Positions 19,510 to 26,729 of a stretch of DNA of 55,489 nucleotides are shown in pieces. Location of the stretch: the IMG/VR virus record IMGVR_UViG_3300040801_000321, positions 1-55,489 of that record, one strand, 5' to 3'. This stretch comes from a virus. Under the pieces are notes generated by a model. The model was not told the DNA's origin. It saw nothing but the letters and a program-made list of their open reading frames with translations, and did not search any database. The position numbers and the translations under genes are program-made. Numbering within the stretch: the first letter of the stretch is position 1; each line of letters starts with the position of its first letter.

Positions 19510-21635
19510 GGCTTCACACCAGTGGACGGGAACAGTTTTATGAAGTTGTCGAACGCATCGTCAAAATACTTCACCAGCTTTTTCCCAACAGCATCCTTCA
19601 ACAGTTCGTCGCGAGCAAAGATGTATGCGACGAAGTTCTCAGCATGCCACTCGGTGTAATGGACCTTCCCATACCGGGACAATGCTGGGATGCCTTTTGG
19701 CGGCTTTGATAGATACAGTGTGTGGTAGTGAGACTGGTGACCGAACTCGTGAATATAACTATACAGCATGTCGGCTAGATCTGTGATTGCCTTGCGCTGG
19801 TGATTTGGAAGCTGATAATATGCCGCGACACCAAGCTTGCTAAAGTCTCGCGGCACATAGATGTCGTCTGAGGTGGGCCCAACGTGCCAGCGTGGCTGAT
19901 AGTTTCTTGTCTCTAGCTGCGTTTTGACTGCTTTGCGTATCCCTTCGACCCAGTACTTCATGAAGTGCTCTGTGCCTTCTGACTCCATCACTTCCTTGGT
20001 GATGAATTTCGTTGATGGCTTGATGTAGACGCTGACGTGGTTCCACGTCGCGCAAGTATAGCCACCAATCCCCGGATCTGTATGCATATAATACAACGCA
20101 TCAACAGGACCAAGGTTGTGCATCGGGTCTTTGTAGTTGCCGATCTTTCTCGCAGCTTCCCTCAGCCGCACATCCTTCGACAGATCTGAAATTGTCGATT
20201 GAAGGTTTTTATAGCGCACATCTATGTCGCCAACGTTATCGCGCTGCACAAGCATCGCGACTAGACGATTGTTTTGCTGTGCCCGGATCTGAAGGAACTT
20301 TTGAAACCGCGTCCAGCTCTCTGGCGCATACAGCCCCATATCATGCAGCTTTTCAAATGCATCACCAAGATAGTTGTACTGGCTGTAACTCGTCCCGGGC
20401 AGGTAATGCGCTGGCAGTGCGAACTCGCCTGTTGGCCCGACTGGTGCTGATGGTGCTGCTGGTGGACCTCCCGGGACAGGCTTTGGCGCGGCTTCCTTTG
20501 TGAACCTCGCAAAGTATCGTTCTGCTTGCGTCGCCTTCATGTTGAAGTTGTCGTATGCGAACTTGACGAACTCTTCGCGGGTAACTCCCTTGCGGAACTC
20601 GCCTTGCAGGATCGCAGTCTTGGACCCCGGGCGATATGTTGGGCCTGCTGGTGCTGCTGGTTTGGCTGGCGGCGCAGCCATGTTCTTGATGCGAGCGTTG
20701 TACCATCGTTTCGCCTGCGCAGCCTTCATGTTTAGATTGTTGGCTGCGAACTCTTGGAACTCCGCGAGTGTTGGCATGCGCCCGTTCTGTGCCTGAAAGT
20801 CCTTCACGTAGGTTGTGATGATCTTGGACTTGGTGCTTTCGGTTGCTGCGACTGCCTTGGCACTTATGGACTGGACAGATAACTTCCTGCCTGTCTGGTC
20901 TACCAAATCCCGCAGGGCCAGCTTCCCGGAACGAAACAGCGCGGCTTTTGTCTGGCCTAGCAACTCGATCTGGATTGACTTCGGCTGGCCCTTCAGCCAC
21001 TTGTCGAAACTCATGTCAGCAGCAACCTGCCCGTTCATGCTGGCGCGTGTGCCTGCGGGTAGCTCGCGCTGGTTTATGCCCAGCTCTTCATAGCTCTTGG
21101 TGATTGGGACTAGAACCGAACGACAGTTCCAATGGTGCGGTGGTCCGTTGTTGAATGGAAGCGAGCAACCCAGAATCGGCTCACCATCCAGATCCCACGT
21201 GCCGCCGCTATACGCCATGCAGATCTCAGTGGTGCGATTGTCGAAGGTTGAGATTTGCTCCACGCCCTTCACAACATCAGCGTTAGCACGCAACGATTCT
21301 AGCCGCGTCTGGTTCTGGGCTGCTGTGACGCTTTGCTTTACCAGTGTGCGGGCTTGCGCTCGCGATGTTGCCATGATGCCTTTGATTGGCTCGCCGTTGA
21401 CGATTCCCCCGGTAATGCGCGCAGCCATTGTTGCTGGCGCTTCACCGTTCACGATGCCTTGGCGAATGACGCGTGCGAAGTTCTGCTGCAGACTTGCGGC
21501 CTGCGTGCCCCACCACTCGCGACTCACTGCGCCTTCGATCAACGCATGATTGGTGATGTTCTTCCGGATCGACTTTGGAAGTGCGTCAGCCCGGAATGTG
21601 ACCAGCGGCTTACCCACCCATGGCCTCCCGTACAC
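19506..21635 (-). CDS. MuF/SPP1 gp7-like minor head protein with a long C-terminal extension ending in an HExxH zincin-like domain
   Basis: - MuF motif: STFDNRTTEICMAYSGG...PPHHWNCRSVLVPI.
- Two ~45-aa repeats separated by Pro-rich linkers: NMKAAQAKRWYNARIKNM and NMKATQAERYFARFTKE.
- Zincin motif: YSYIHEFGHQSHYH at about 19738..19755.
- GTG start. Confidence 0.75.
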   Translation of the reverse strand: MYGRPWVGKPLVTFRADALPKSIRKNITNHALIEGAVSREWWGTQAASLQQNFARVIRQGIVNGEAPATMAARITGGIVNGEPIKGIMATSRAQARTLVKQSVTAAQNQTRLESLRANADVVKGVEQISTFDNRTTEICMAYSGGTWDLDGEPILGCSLPFNNGPPHHWNCRSVLVPITKSYEELGINQRELPAGTRASMNGQVAADMSFDKWLKGQPKSIQIELLGQTKAALFRSGKLALRDLVDQTGRKLSVQSISAKAVAATESTKSKIITTYVKDFQAQNGRMPTLAEFQEFAANNLNMKAAQAKRWYNARIKNMAAPPAKPAAPAGPTYRPGSKTAILQGEFRKGVTREEFVKFAYDNFNMKATQAERYFARFTKEAAPKPVPGGPPAAPSAPVGPTGEFALPAHYLPGTSYSQYNYLGDAFEKLHDMGLYAPESWTRFQKFLQIRAQQNNRLVAMLVQRDNVGDIDVRYKNLQSTISDLSKDVRLREAARKIGNYKDPMHNLGPVDALYYMHTDPGIGGYTCATWNHVSVYIKPSTKFITKEVMESEGTEHFMKYWVEGIRKAVKTQLETRNYQPRWHVGPTSDDIYVPRDFSKLGVAAYYQLPNHQRKAITDLADMLYSYIHEFGHQSHYHTLYLSKPPKGIPALSRYGKVHYTEWHAENFVAYIFARDELLKDAVGKKLVKYFDDAFDNFIKLFPSTGVKP

Positions 21636-21933
21636 GCTGTGTCAGGATGTTGCGGACCTCGATGGCCTCAACGTCTGTGAACTCAAACAGCTCATCCTCA
21701 ACCAGATCTGCGATGCGCTTGTAGAAACGCTTGATGACTAGCTGGCTTGCGCTGGCGACTCGCTCTGCTGCTGCCATTGTTGCGGGTTGCCGAGTCTGGA
21801 CGATCTTCGCCAGCTCGCGATGCAGCTCCACAACCATATCATCAACCTGCTCGATTAAACCCTGCTCGAAACGATGCCCACGAACAGTCAGCCGAATGAA
21901 GTCATCCCGGAGCTGTTCGTTGACGGTTTTCAT
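21610..21933 (-). CDS. Hypothetical protein (between portal and MuF)
   Basis: 107-aa ORF. It overlaps the portal stop by 4 nt and the MuF ORF start by 26 nt. Confidence 0.5.
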   Translation of the reverse strand: MKTVNEQLRDDFIRLTVRGHRFEQGLIEQVDDMVVELHRELAKIVQTRQPATMAAAERVASASQLVIKRFYKRIADLVEDELFEFTDVEAIEVRNILTQRVREAMGG

Positions 21934-23372
21934 GCAGCCTCTTCCTCAACCTCTTCCGTCTCAACTTCCTCTTCGTCATCATCCAGCAGCATGGGCGGTG
22001 GCGGCTCTGCGGTTTCCTCCAGCTGCTTTTTCTCTTCCTTGCTGTCGAAGTCCTCGCTGAGTATTCCCCGGCGTTGCAGTTCGTACCAGTATGTTTCAGC
22101 GGTGATGTCGCCATTGACCCGAGACTTAAACAACAGTTCTGCGTCTGTGGTCTTGCCCGGGACGATGTGAAAGTCTGTGTGGAGTGAAAGGCTGCCGACC
22201 TCGCGCTTGATCCATTCACCGAAGTACCGCAGCATGTTGTTGAGCCCGTTCTCAAGCTGCCGCGCCAACACCACCAGTGCGCTGTCGCTTTGTGCGCTGT
22301 CGATGGCTTTCTCTGTTGCTGTGAGCTGGCCCGGACGATTCGACATGATGAGCTCAAGACCAAGCGAGCCCATCTCATCCTTCAGGTCATTCAGATCCTG
22401 TCGCCCTGCCTCGATTGCGTTACCAGCCACCTCAACATACTTCAGATCTGAGGCCACCTCCGGGTTATAGATCATCCGGCTGGCGCCAATCTCAATGTCC
22501 TGTACATCTTGGTCGTTGAACCCCTTACCGAACAGCAATGGAACCCGCGCAACGTGCAAGATGTTGCGCTGATCAGAACTGCTCTGCCAGTGCGTCACGT
22601 TCAAGTACATCAGATCCAGCAGCGGTGGCTTAGCAGTCAGTGCGCCGGTACGCTTGGTGTAGATTGTGACGAGTGGAATCTCAGGCATGCTGGTCGGAAC
22701 GTCCGTCACCAGACGATAATCCGCAGCCCCTTCCACCATCTCATACACGCGCTGCCGGAATGGCTCGATGACGCGAATCCTCTTCATCTCAACAACGCCA
22801 AAGTCGCCATCCGGAACCTCCACAACCTCTTGGAACCGGAGTTGTGTGACTCGCTCGCGACCATGTACCGTTTCGACGCGCCAACCCAACACATTGCGTG
22901 GCGAGAGATGGATTGCGTATGGGCGCAGCTTGCTCTGCCGCTCTTCGTGTAGCGTCAGCTTACGATCCACAATGGGATAGTCCACAAGGATGTGCGTGAG
23001 ACCGTCCGCAAGCGCAGCATCAAACACCCGCAAGCCAAAGGTGTCAACTGTGCTCCCTTGCAGGTCCACATCCTCCATCCACTCTTCAACGTCAGCAGGC
23101 ATGTCTTCAGACAATGTTACTGGCTTGGTGAATGGCTTGGATGCTAACGTCTCGATGGTACGATTCGTGGCATTGAACAGTACGCTACGCTGGAGACGGA
23201 TTGCGTATGCTGTGTCTGACTCTTTCGGCTCTTGGGGCAGGTACTTGCGGCCTGCGGCTCGCATGGCTTCTGTCCCGCCGCGCAATGCGTCCACCATTTC
23301 CCAATAGGGTTGCATGGCTTCAACCGCAGCAGTAATGTGGGAAACGTCGCTTGTTTTACTCACAGGATCCAC
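21930..23372 (-). CDS. Portal protein
   Basis: 480 aa, located between the large terminase and MuF genes. It has an acidic C-terminal tail (DDDEEEVETEEVEEEAA). Confidence 0.8.
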   Translation of the reverse strand: MDPVSKTSDVSHITAAVEAMQPYWEMVDALRGGTEAMRAAGRKYLPQEPKESDTAYAIRLQRSVLFNATNRTIETLASKPFTKPVTLSEDMPADVEEWMEDVDLQGSTVDTFGLRVFDAALADGLTHILVDYPIVDRKLTLHEERQSKLRPYAIHLSPRNVLGWRVETVHGRERVTQLRFQEVVEVPDGDFGVVEMKRIRVIEPFRQRVYEMVEGAADYRLVTDVPTSMPEIPLVTIYTKRTGALTAKPPLLDLMYLNVTHWQSSSDQRNILHVARVPLLFGKGFNDQDVQDIEIGASRMIYNPEVASDLKYVEVAGNAIEAGRQDLNDLKDEMGSLGLELIMSNRPGQLTATEKAIDSAQSDSALVVLARQLENGLNNMLRYFGEWIKREVGSLSLHTDFHIVPGKTTDAELLFKSRVNGDITAETYWYELQRRGILSEDFDSKEEKKQLEETAEPPPPMLLDDDEEEVETEEVEEEAA

Positions 23373-24670
23373 TCCATGCTGGTGACGCCTTGCTTCTTCA
23401 CTGGGAAGCGTTGCGCGATGTAGTAACCGATTGCGTCTGTTATGTGGGTGAGCATTGGGTCAGACTTTTTATCAATCTCCCCGCTCCCACCAGCCAACAA
23501 GCGCACACCCTCAAAATCCTCGATGGTGCGTGGTGCGTGTACCGGATCGACCAGCAAATGCACTTCCCCGGAAATACTCTTCAGCCGACTGTTGACTGCG
23601 TTGATACGGGCACGCTCACGTGGGTTGGCGCGAGGCACCCGGAAGTTCAAACGGTTTCCGAAGATAGGCCGCAACATGGCCTTGATAATATCCCAATCTG
23701 AGCCCATTGTTTGTGCTGTGCCGCGTGAGCCACCCGTCGCGTCACCATACACATAGACCTCGCCAGCATGAGAACCGTACATCTCAATGATCCGGTTACA
23801 AACGGCAATGGTGTTGCTGTTGCGAGGAATCCAGACCTCACCGATCACGCCAGTCACGATCCGTTCCACCATCCCGGGGTGTGGTAGCTCTTGGATCACC
23901 GCTGCTGTTCCGGGCTCAACATTGAAGTCGAAACAAAGCACCAGTGGCTGATACTCGTTGTAGGGTAAGCGCCAGCGCGTGTGTAGGTGCTCGTGGAATG
24001 GATAGTAGCACTGGCCCTCGAAGTTCACGAAGTCTGCTTCATATTCCTGCTTGAATGTGAGCTCGTCCAGATCTTCCTTGGCTTGCTGAATCTCTGAATC
24101 GGGAAGGATGTCTGCGCTGTGCCACGTGAACCCAGCCCACTCCCCGGTCTGGTCTGCTAGTGCTTTCTTCCACATGGTGTAGTAATGGTTGCGCCCTTCC
24201 GGTACACCAATCAACCAAGCACTACCATGTCTGTCTGATAGCGCAGGCCGAATATGCGCAGGCCATGTTTCCTCGCGCATGTTGCCGTACTCATCGAGCA
24301 CGAAATGGTTCCATGGCCTGCCTTCTGCGCGCTCCGGACGATCCAGACCAGTCACATGCAACTGTGCACCGTTCACGAGCGTCAATACCAACTCGGATTC
24401 GCTGGTGTCTTTGACGAGTGGCTTGGGAATGAGTGCTTTTAGGTCTGACCAGTAGATGGCTTTGGCCTGTGACCATGTGGGTGCGCCGAATCCAACGCGA
24501 TAGTCGGGCCAATGGTTAGACCGCAGCGCCATCTTCACTGCTTCGCGCTTGGCGCGTTCTGTCTTGCCGGAACGTCTGCCTGCTGGCACGACTTTGAAGC
24601 GCGCTGTGCTGTTACAAAGATCTGTTTGTGGTTGGTGGGGCTTCAGCTTGGACCAGCGCGGTGTCAGCAT
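23360..24670 (-). CDS. terL: Terminase large subunit
   Basis: Walker A is VPAGRRSGKTE and Walker B is HFVLDEYG. The C-terminal nuclease-like region contains CFDFN, VYGDATG and ITDAIGYY. Confidence 0.9.
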   Translation of the reverse strand: MLTPRWSKLKPHQPQTDLCNSTARFKVVPAGRRSGKTERAKREAVKMALRSNHWPDYRVGFGAPTWSQAKAIYWSDLKALIPKPLVKDTSESELVLTLVNGAQLHVTGLDRPERAEGRPWNHFVLDEYGNMREETWPAHIRPALSDRHGSAWLIGVPEGRNHYYTMWKKALADQTGEWAGFTWHSADILPDSEIQQAKEDLDELTFKQEYEADFVNFEGQCYYPFHEHLHTRWRLPYNEYQPLVLCFDFNVEPGTAAVIQELPHPGMVERIVTGVIGEVWIPRNSNTIAVCNRIIEMYGSHAGEVYVYGDATGGSRGTAQTMGSDWDIIKAMLRPIFGNRLNFRVPRANPRERARINAVNSRLKSISGEVHLLVDPVHAPRTIEDFEGVRLLAGGSGEIDKKSDPMLTHITDAIGYYIAQRFPVKKQGVTSMEWIL

Positions 24671-25026
24671 AGTCCGTCAGCCTCATCCATGTCGGTTAAC
24701 AACTCGCGAATCCGGGCAGCAACCGCATCAGCATCCAGATCGTCGGTGATGTCGAGTGACTTCAGGTCTGGAAGCAGCTTGTTGAGTAACCGGAAGTTCA
24801 ACTCTGCTCGCTGGCGCACTACCGAAACCTTGGCGTTGTAAACTGGTGCTTCGTCCTTTGTGAAGTTCGCATCATCCACCATCTGCGTGTACAGCTCCCG
24901 GAACTGTTGCTCGCATTGAGCTAGGTTTTCCAGAATGCTTTTGCCCTTGATGGACTCGCGAAGTCCTGCTGCCTTCCCGGCAGACTTTCGAGCACCAGCA
25001 GTGAATGAAACTATCTTTCCAGCCAT
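24664..25026 (-). CDS. Putative terminase small subunit
   Basis: 120-aa ORF overlapping the terL start by 7 nt. It is the first gene after the AT-rich regulatory region. ATG 25026 is preferred over GTG 25050, which lies inside a palindrome. Confidence 0.4.
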   Translation of the reverse strand: MAGKIVSFTAGARKSAGKAAGLRESIKGKSILENLAQCEQQFRELYTQMVDDANFTKDEAPVYNAKVSVVRQRAELNFRLLNKLLPDLKSLDITDDLDADAVAARIRELLTDMDEADGLC

Positions 25027-25037
25027 CCCAGCACCAA

Positions 25038-25066
25038 GATGTAGTCTCACGTGAGTGTACTGTCAA
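25038..25066 (-). promoter_or_regulatory. Candidate sigma70-type late promoter with a CACGTG palindrome in the spacer
   Basis: The minus strand reads TTGACA-gtacactcacgtgagac-TACATC. The -35 is perfect, the spacer is 17 nt and the -10 is weak. It lies only about 12 nt upstream of ATG 25026. Confidence 0.3.
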
Positions 25067-25087
25067 GTTGCCAAGATGAAAATACCT

Positions 25088-25108
25088 CCTACCCCTACCC
25101 CTACCCCC
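25088..25108 (-). repeat. (TAGGGG)n tract on the minus strand
   Basis: The plus strand reads cctacccctacccctaccccc, so the minus strand reads GGGGGTAGGGGTAGGGGTAGG. It lies about 60 nt upstream of the late operon. Confidence 0.9.
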
Positions 25109-25400
25109 AACCTCAGTGAACAATCAACCTTCGACATGTAAGCCGATGAACCGGAAGAGACAGCCTCACGTGAATTGTCCATTTTGGGCCGCAAAAAACG
25201 AGACATATCAGCGTACTTGATCAATCCGTAAAATTTAGGGAAAAAATACACATGCTCAAAATCTAGATTAGTTTCCAACTATTGAATTCCGGAAATATTA
25301 CCTATTGTGCTAAGTCCTTGTCCCGGCTACTACACATTGTTCATACAATTTTCAGCCATTTCACATGCCCATTCTCGATTCTAGTTTTCAGCATAAATAT

Positions 25401-25416
25401 TTGTTCACGTGAACAA
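25401..25416. promoter_or_regulatory. Perfect 16-bp palindrome TTGTTCACGTGAACAA (operator-like)
   Basis: Read directly from the sequence. Related TCACGTGA cores occur at 25166..25173 and 25046..25055, and TGAACAAT/ATTGTTCA half-sites recur at about 25107, about 25336, about 41823 and about 41899. Confidence 0.45.
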
Positions 25417-25467
25417 TTCCAGTTTTGCTCTAAACTTTCCTAAAGTCGATGAATGTCGCCACACTTT

Positions 25468-25824
25468 TCAGCTTCGGCTCGCGCTTTCCGGGTAAGGCGC
25501 AGCAGCTTCCAGACGTTTCCAATCCACATCATGGCGCTCGCACCACTTCTGTAATCCCACTCGTGAGATGTCATATCCCGCAGCAGTATGGGCCATGCCT
25601 CCGGTCCTAATTTTCTTCACAACCTCTTCCTTCCCCACACGTTCCATCTTGGCGCGTTTATCACCATACACAGTAAACAGCTCATCCTCGATCTGATCCG
25701 CCAGCAGCAAGATCAGCGACACATCAATCGTCAATCCTTCCTGCTTGTCTACTAGGTCGCGGATCTGGCCGATCCATTCTTGGACCTGTGTTTTGACTTC
25801 AGCCCTGTTCAGATAGTTTTTCAC
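25468..25824 (-). CDS. Putative helix-turn-helix DNA-binding protein
   Basis: 118 aa. The C-terminal GGMAHTAAGYDISRVGLQKWCERH looks like an HTH. It is the last gene before the AT-rich late regulatory region. Confidence 0.4.
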   Translation of the reverse strand: MKNYLNRAEVKTQVQEWIGQIRDLVDKQEGLTIDVSLILLLADQIEDELFTVYGDKRAKMERVGKEEVVKKIRTGGMAHTAAGYDISRVGLQKWCERHDVDWKRLEAAAPYPESASRS

Positions 25825-26218
25825 TCATCTCACTCCAGTTGATAGAACGTTTCCAATAGCCCACAGCACACCGTCGCCAATCCTCCTGCGTAAGCCCATC
25901 GTGCAATTCCCTCACATCACACCAAGCAAACAGGAAGTATTCCCGGGCACTATCCACTCTCACCATCAGCCATGCGTGGTATTGTTCTGCGAACAGCACC
26001 TGTTCCGGGGTCAGCCATCTCAGTCTCACCTTCGTCGCAGGGCGCACAGGCCATCCATAAACGCATTTCAGCTCGATCCATCCGCTCACTTTCCGGGACA
26101 CTGCGCTTTGGAAGTACACATCGGCAATTCCCGGGCCCAGCGACTCGATGCGGCGGGTGCGAATCCCGACCTTGCTCAAGCCGTCTCTCACATATGCCGC
26201 GAGGCTCTTCTCAGCCAT
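25799..26218 (-). CDS. PD-(D/E)xK / VRR-NUC-like nuclease
   Basis: GIADVYF...GWIELKCVYG...LTPEQ matches the D...E-x-K...Q layout of VRR-NUC domains. The start is refined to MAEKSLAAY. Confidence 0.4.
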   Translation of the reverse strand: MAEKSLAAYVRDGLSKVGIRTRRIESLGPGIADVYFQSAVSRKVSGWIELKCVYGWPVRPATKVRLRWLTPEQVLFAEQYHAWLMVRVDSAREYFLFAWCDVRELHDGLTQEDWRRCAVGYWKRSINWSEMSEKLSEQG

Positions 26219-26435
26219 CGCAGGCAACCCCACAGCCCATCTCGCGATCAGCCTGCCTGAGACAGCTCCGGAGCGTGCGCACAACCTCTTCCCCTTCGCC
26301 CTCCAGCGCCGCACGTATCCCTTCCTCAAGCATCCCAGCCCTCTCGCGCCAGAACCCCATCCTCATATGCAGCAGTTCGTTCTCCCGCTCAACCTTCGCC
26401 ACCCACCGTCGCAAGTCCACATGCTCATCGGTCAT
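26211..26435 (-). CDS. Hypothetical protein
   Basis: 74-aa ORF, translationally coupled on both sides by overlaps of 4 and 8 nt. Confidence 0.45.
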   Translation of the reverse strand: MTDEHVDLRRWVAKVERENELLHMRMGFWRERAGMLEEGIRAALEGEGEEVVRTLRSCLRQADREMGCGVACDG

Positions 26436-26641
26436 TTACGCTTCCCCCGTTTCAGCACCGTCACCTTCGGCTCAACAACATCCATACGCACAGCAAACAG
26501 CCGCAGCTTACCTTTACGCTTCACAATCTCGGTCACGCTCTTTTGCTTCCAGTACCACAGTGACGAGTAGCAAGGCGCACACAGCCCACTTTTCTTGTAG
26601 TAGACCTCCCGGTCACAGCCATCCATCACACATTTCTTCAT
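26432..26641 (-). CDS. Small zinc-binding protein
   Basis: MKKCVMDGCDREVYYKKSGLCAPCY provides a CxxxxC...CxxC arrangement, and the tail is basic. The start is refined to the internal ATG. Confidence 0.45.
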   Translation of the reverse strand: MKKCVMDGCDREVYYKKSGLCAPCYSSLWYWKQKSVTEIVKRKGKLRLFAVRMDVVEPKVTVLKRGKRK

Positions 26642-26729
26642 CGCATAATTCCTATAATCAGAGTCACAACAAAAATCCACAGCAGCGTCAGCCAGATCTC
26701 CCCCGGCACACGTTTCGGAATCTTTCGCA

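Noticed and set aside
25063-25278. 71-aa minus-strand ORF inside the AT-rich late regulatory region
   Set aside because: It runs through the TAGGGG tract (translated as GVGVGVGG), it has no RBS, its composition is atypical for the genome, and it overlaps the palindromic operators.
26681-26729. CCGAAACGUGUGCC... after the dnaE stop, which looked like the 5' half of another hammerhead
   Set aside because: No CUGAUGA box follows (only CUGAUUA), and there is no GUH triplet with flanking helices and no pseudoknot partner.
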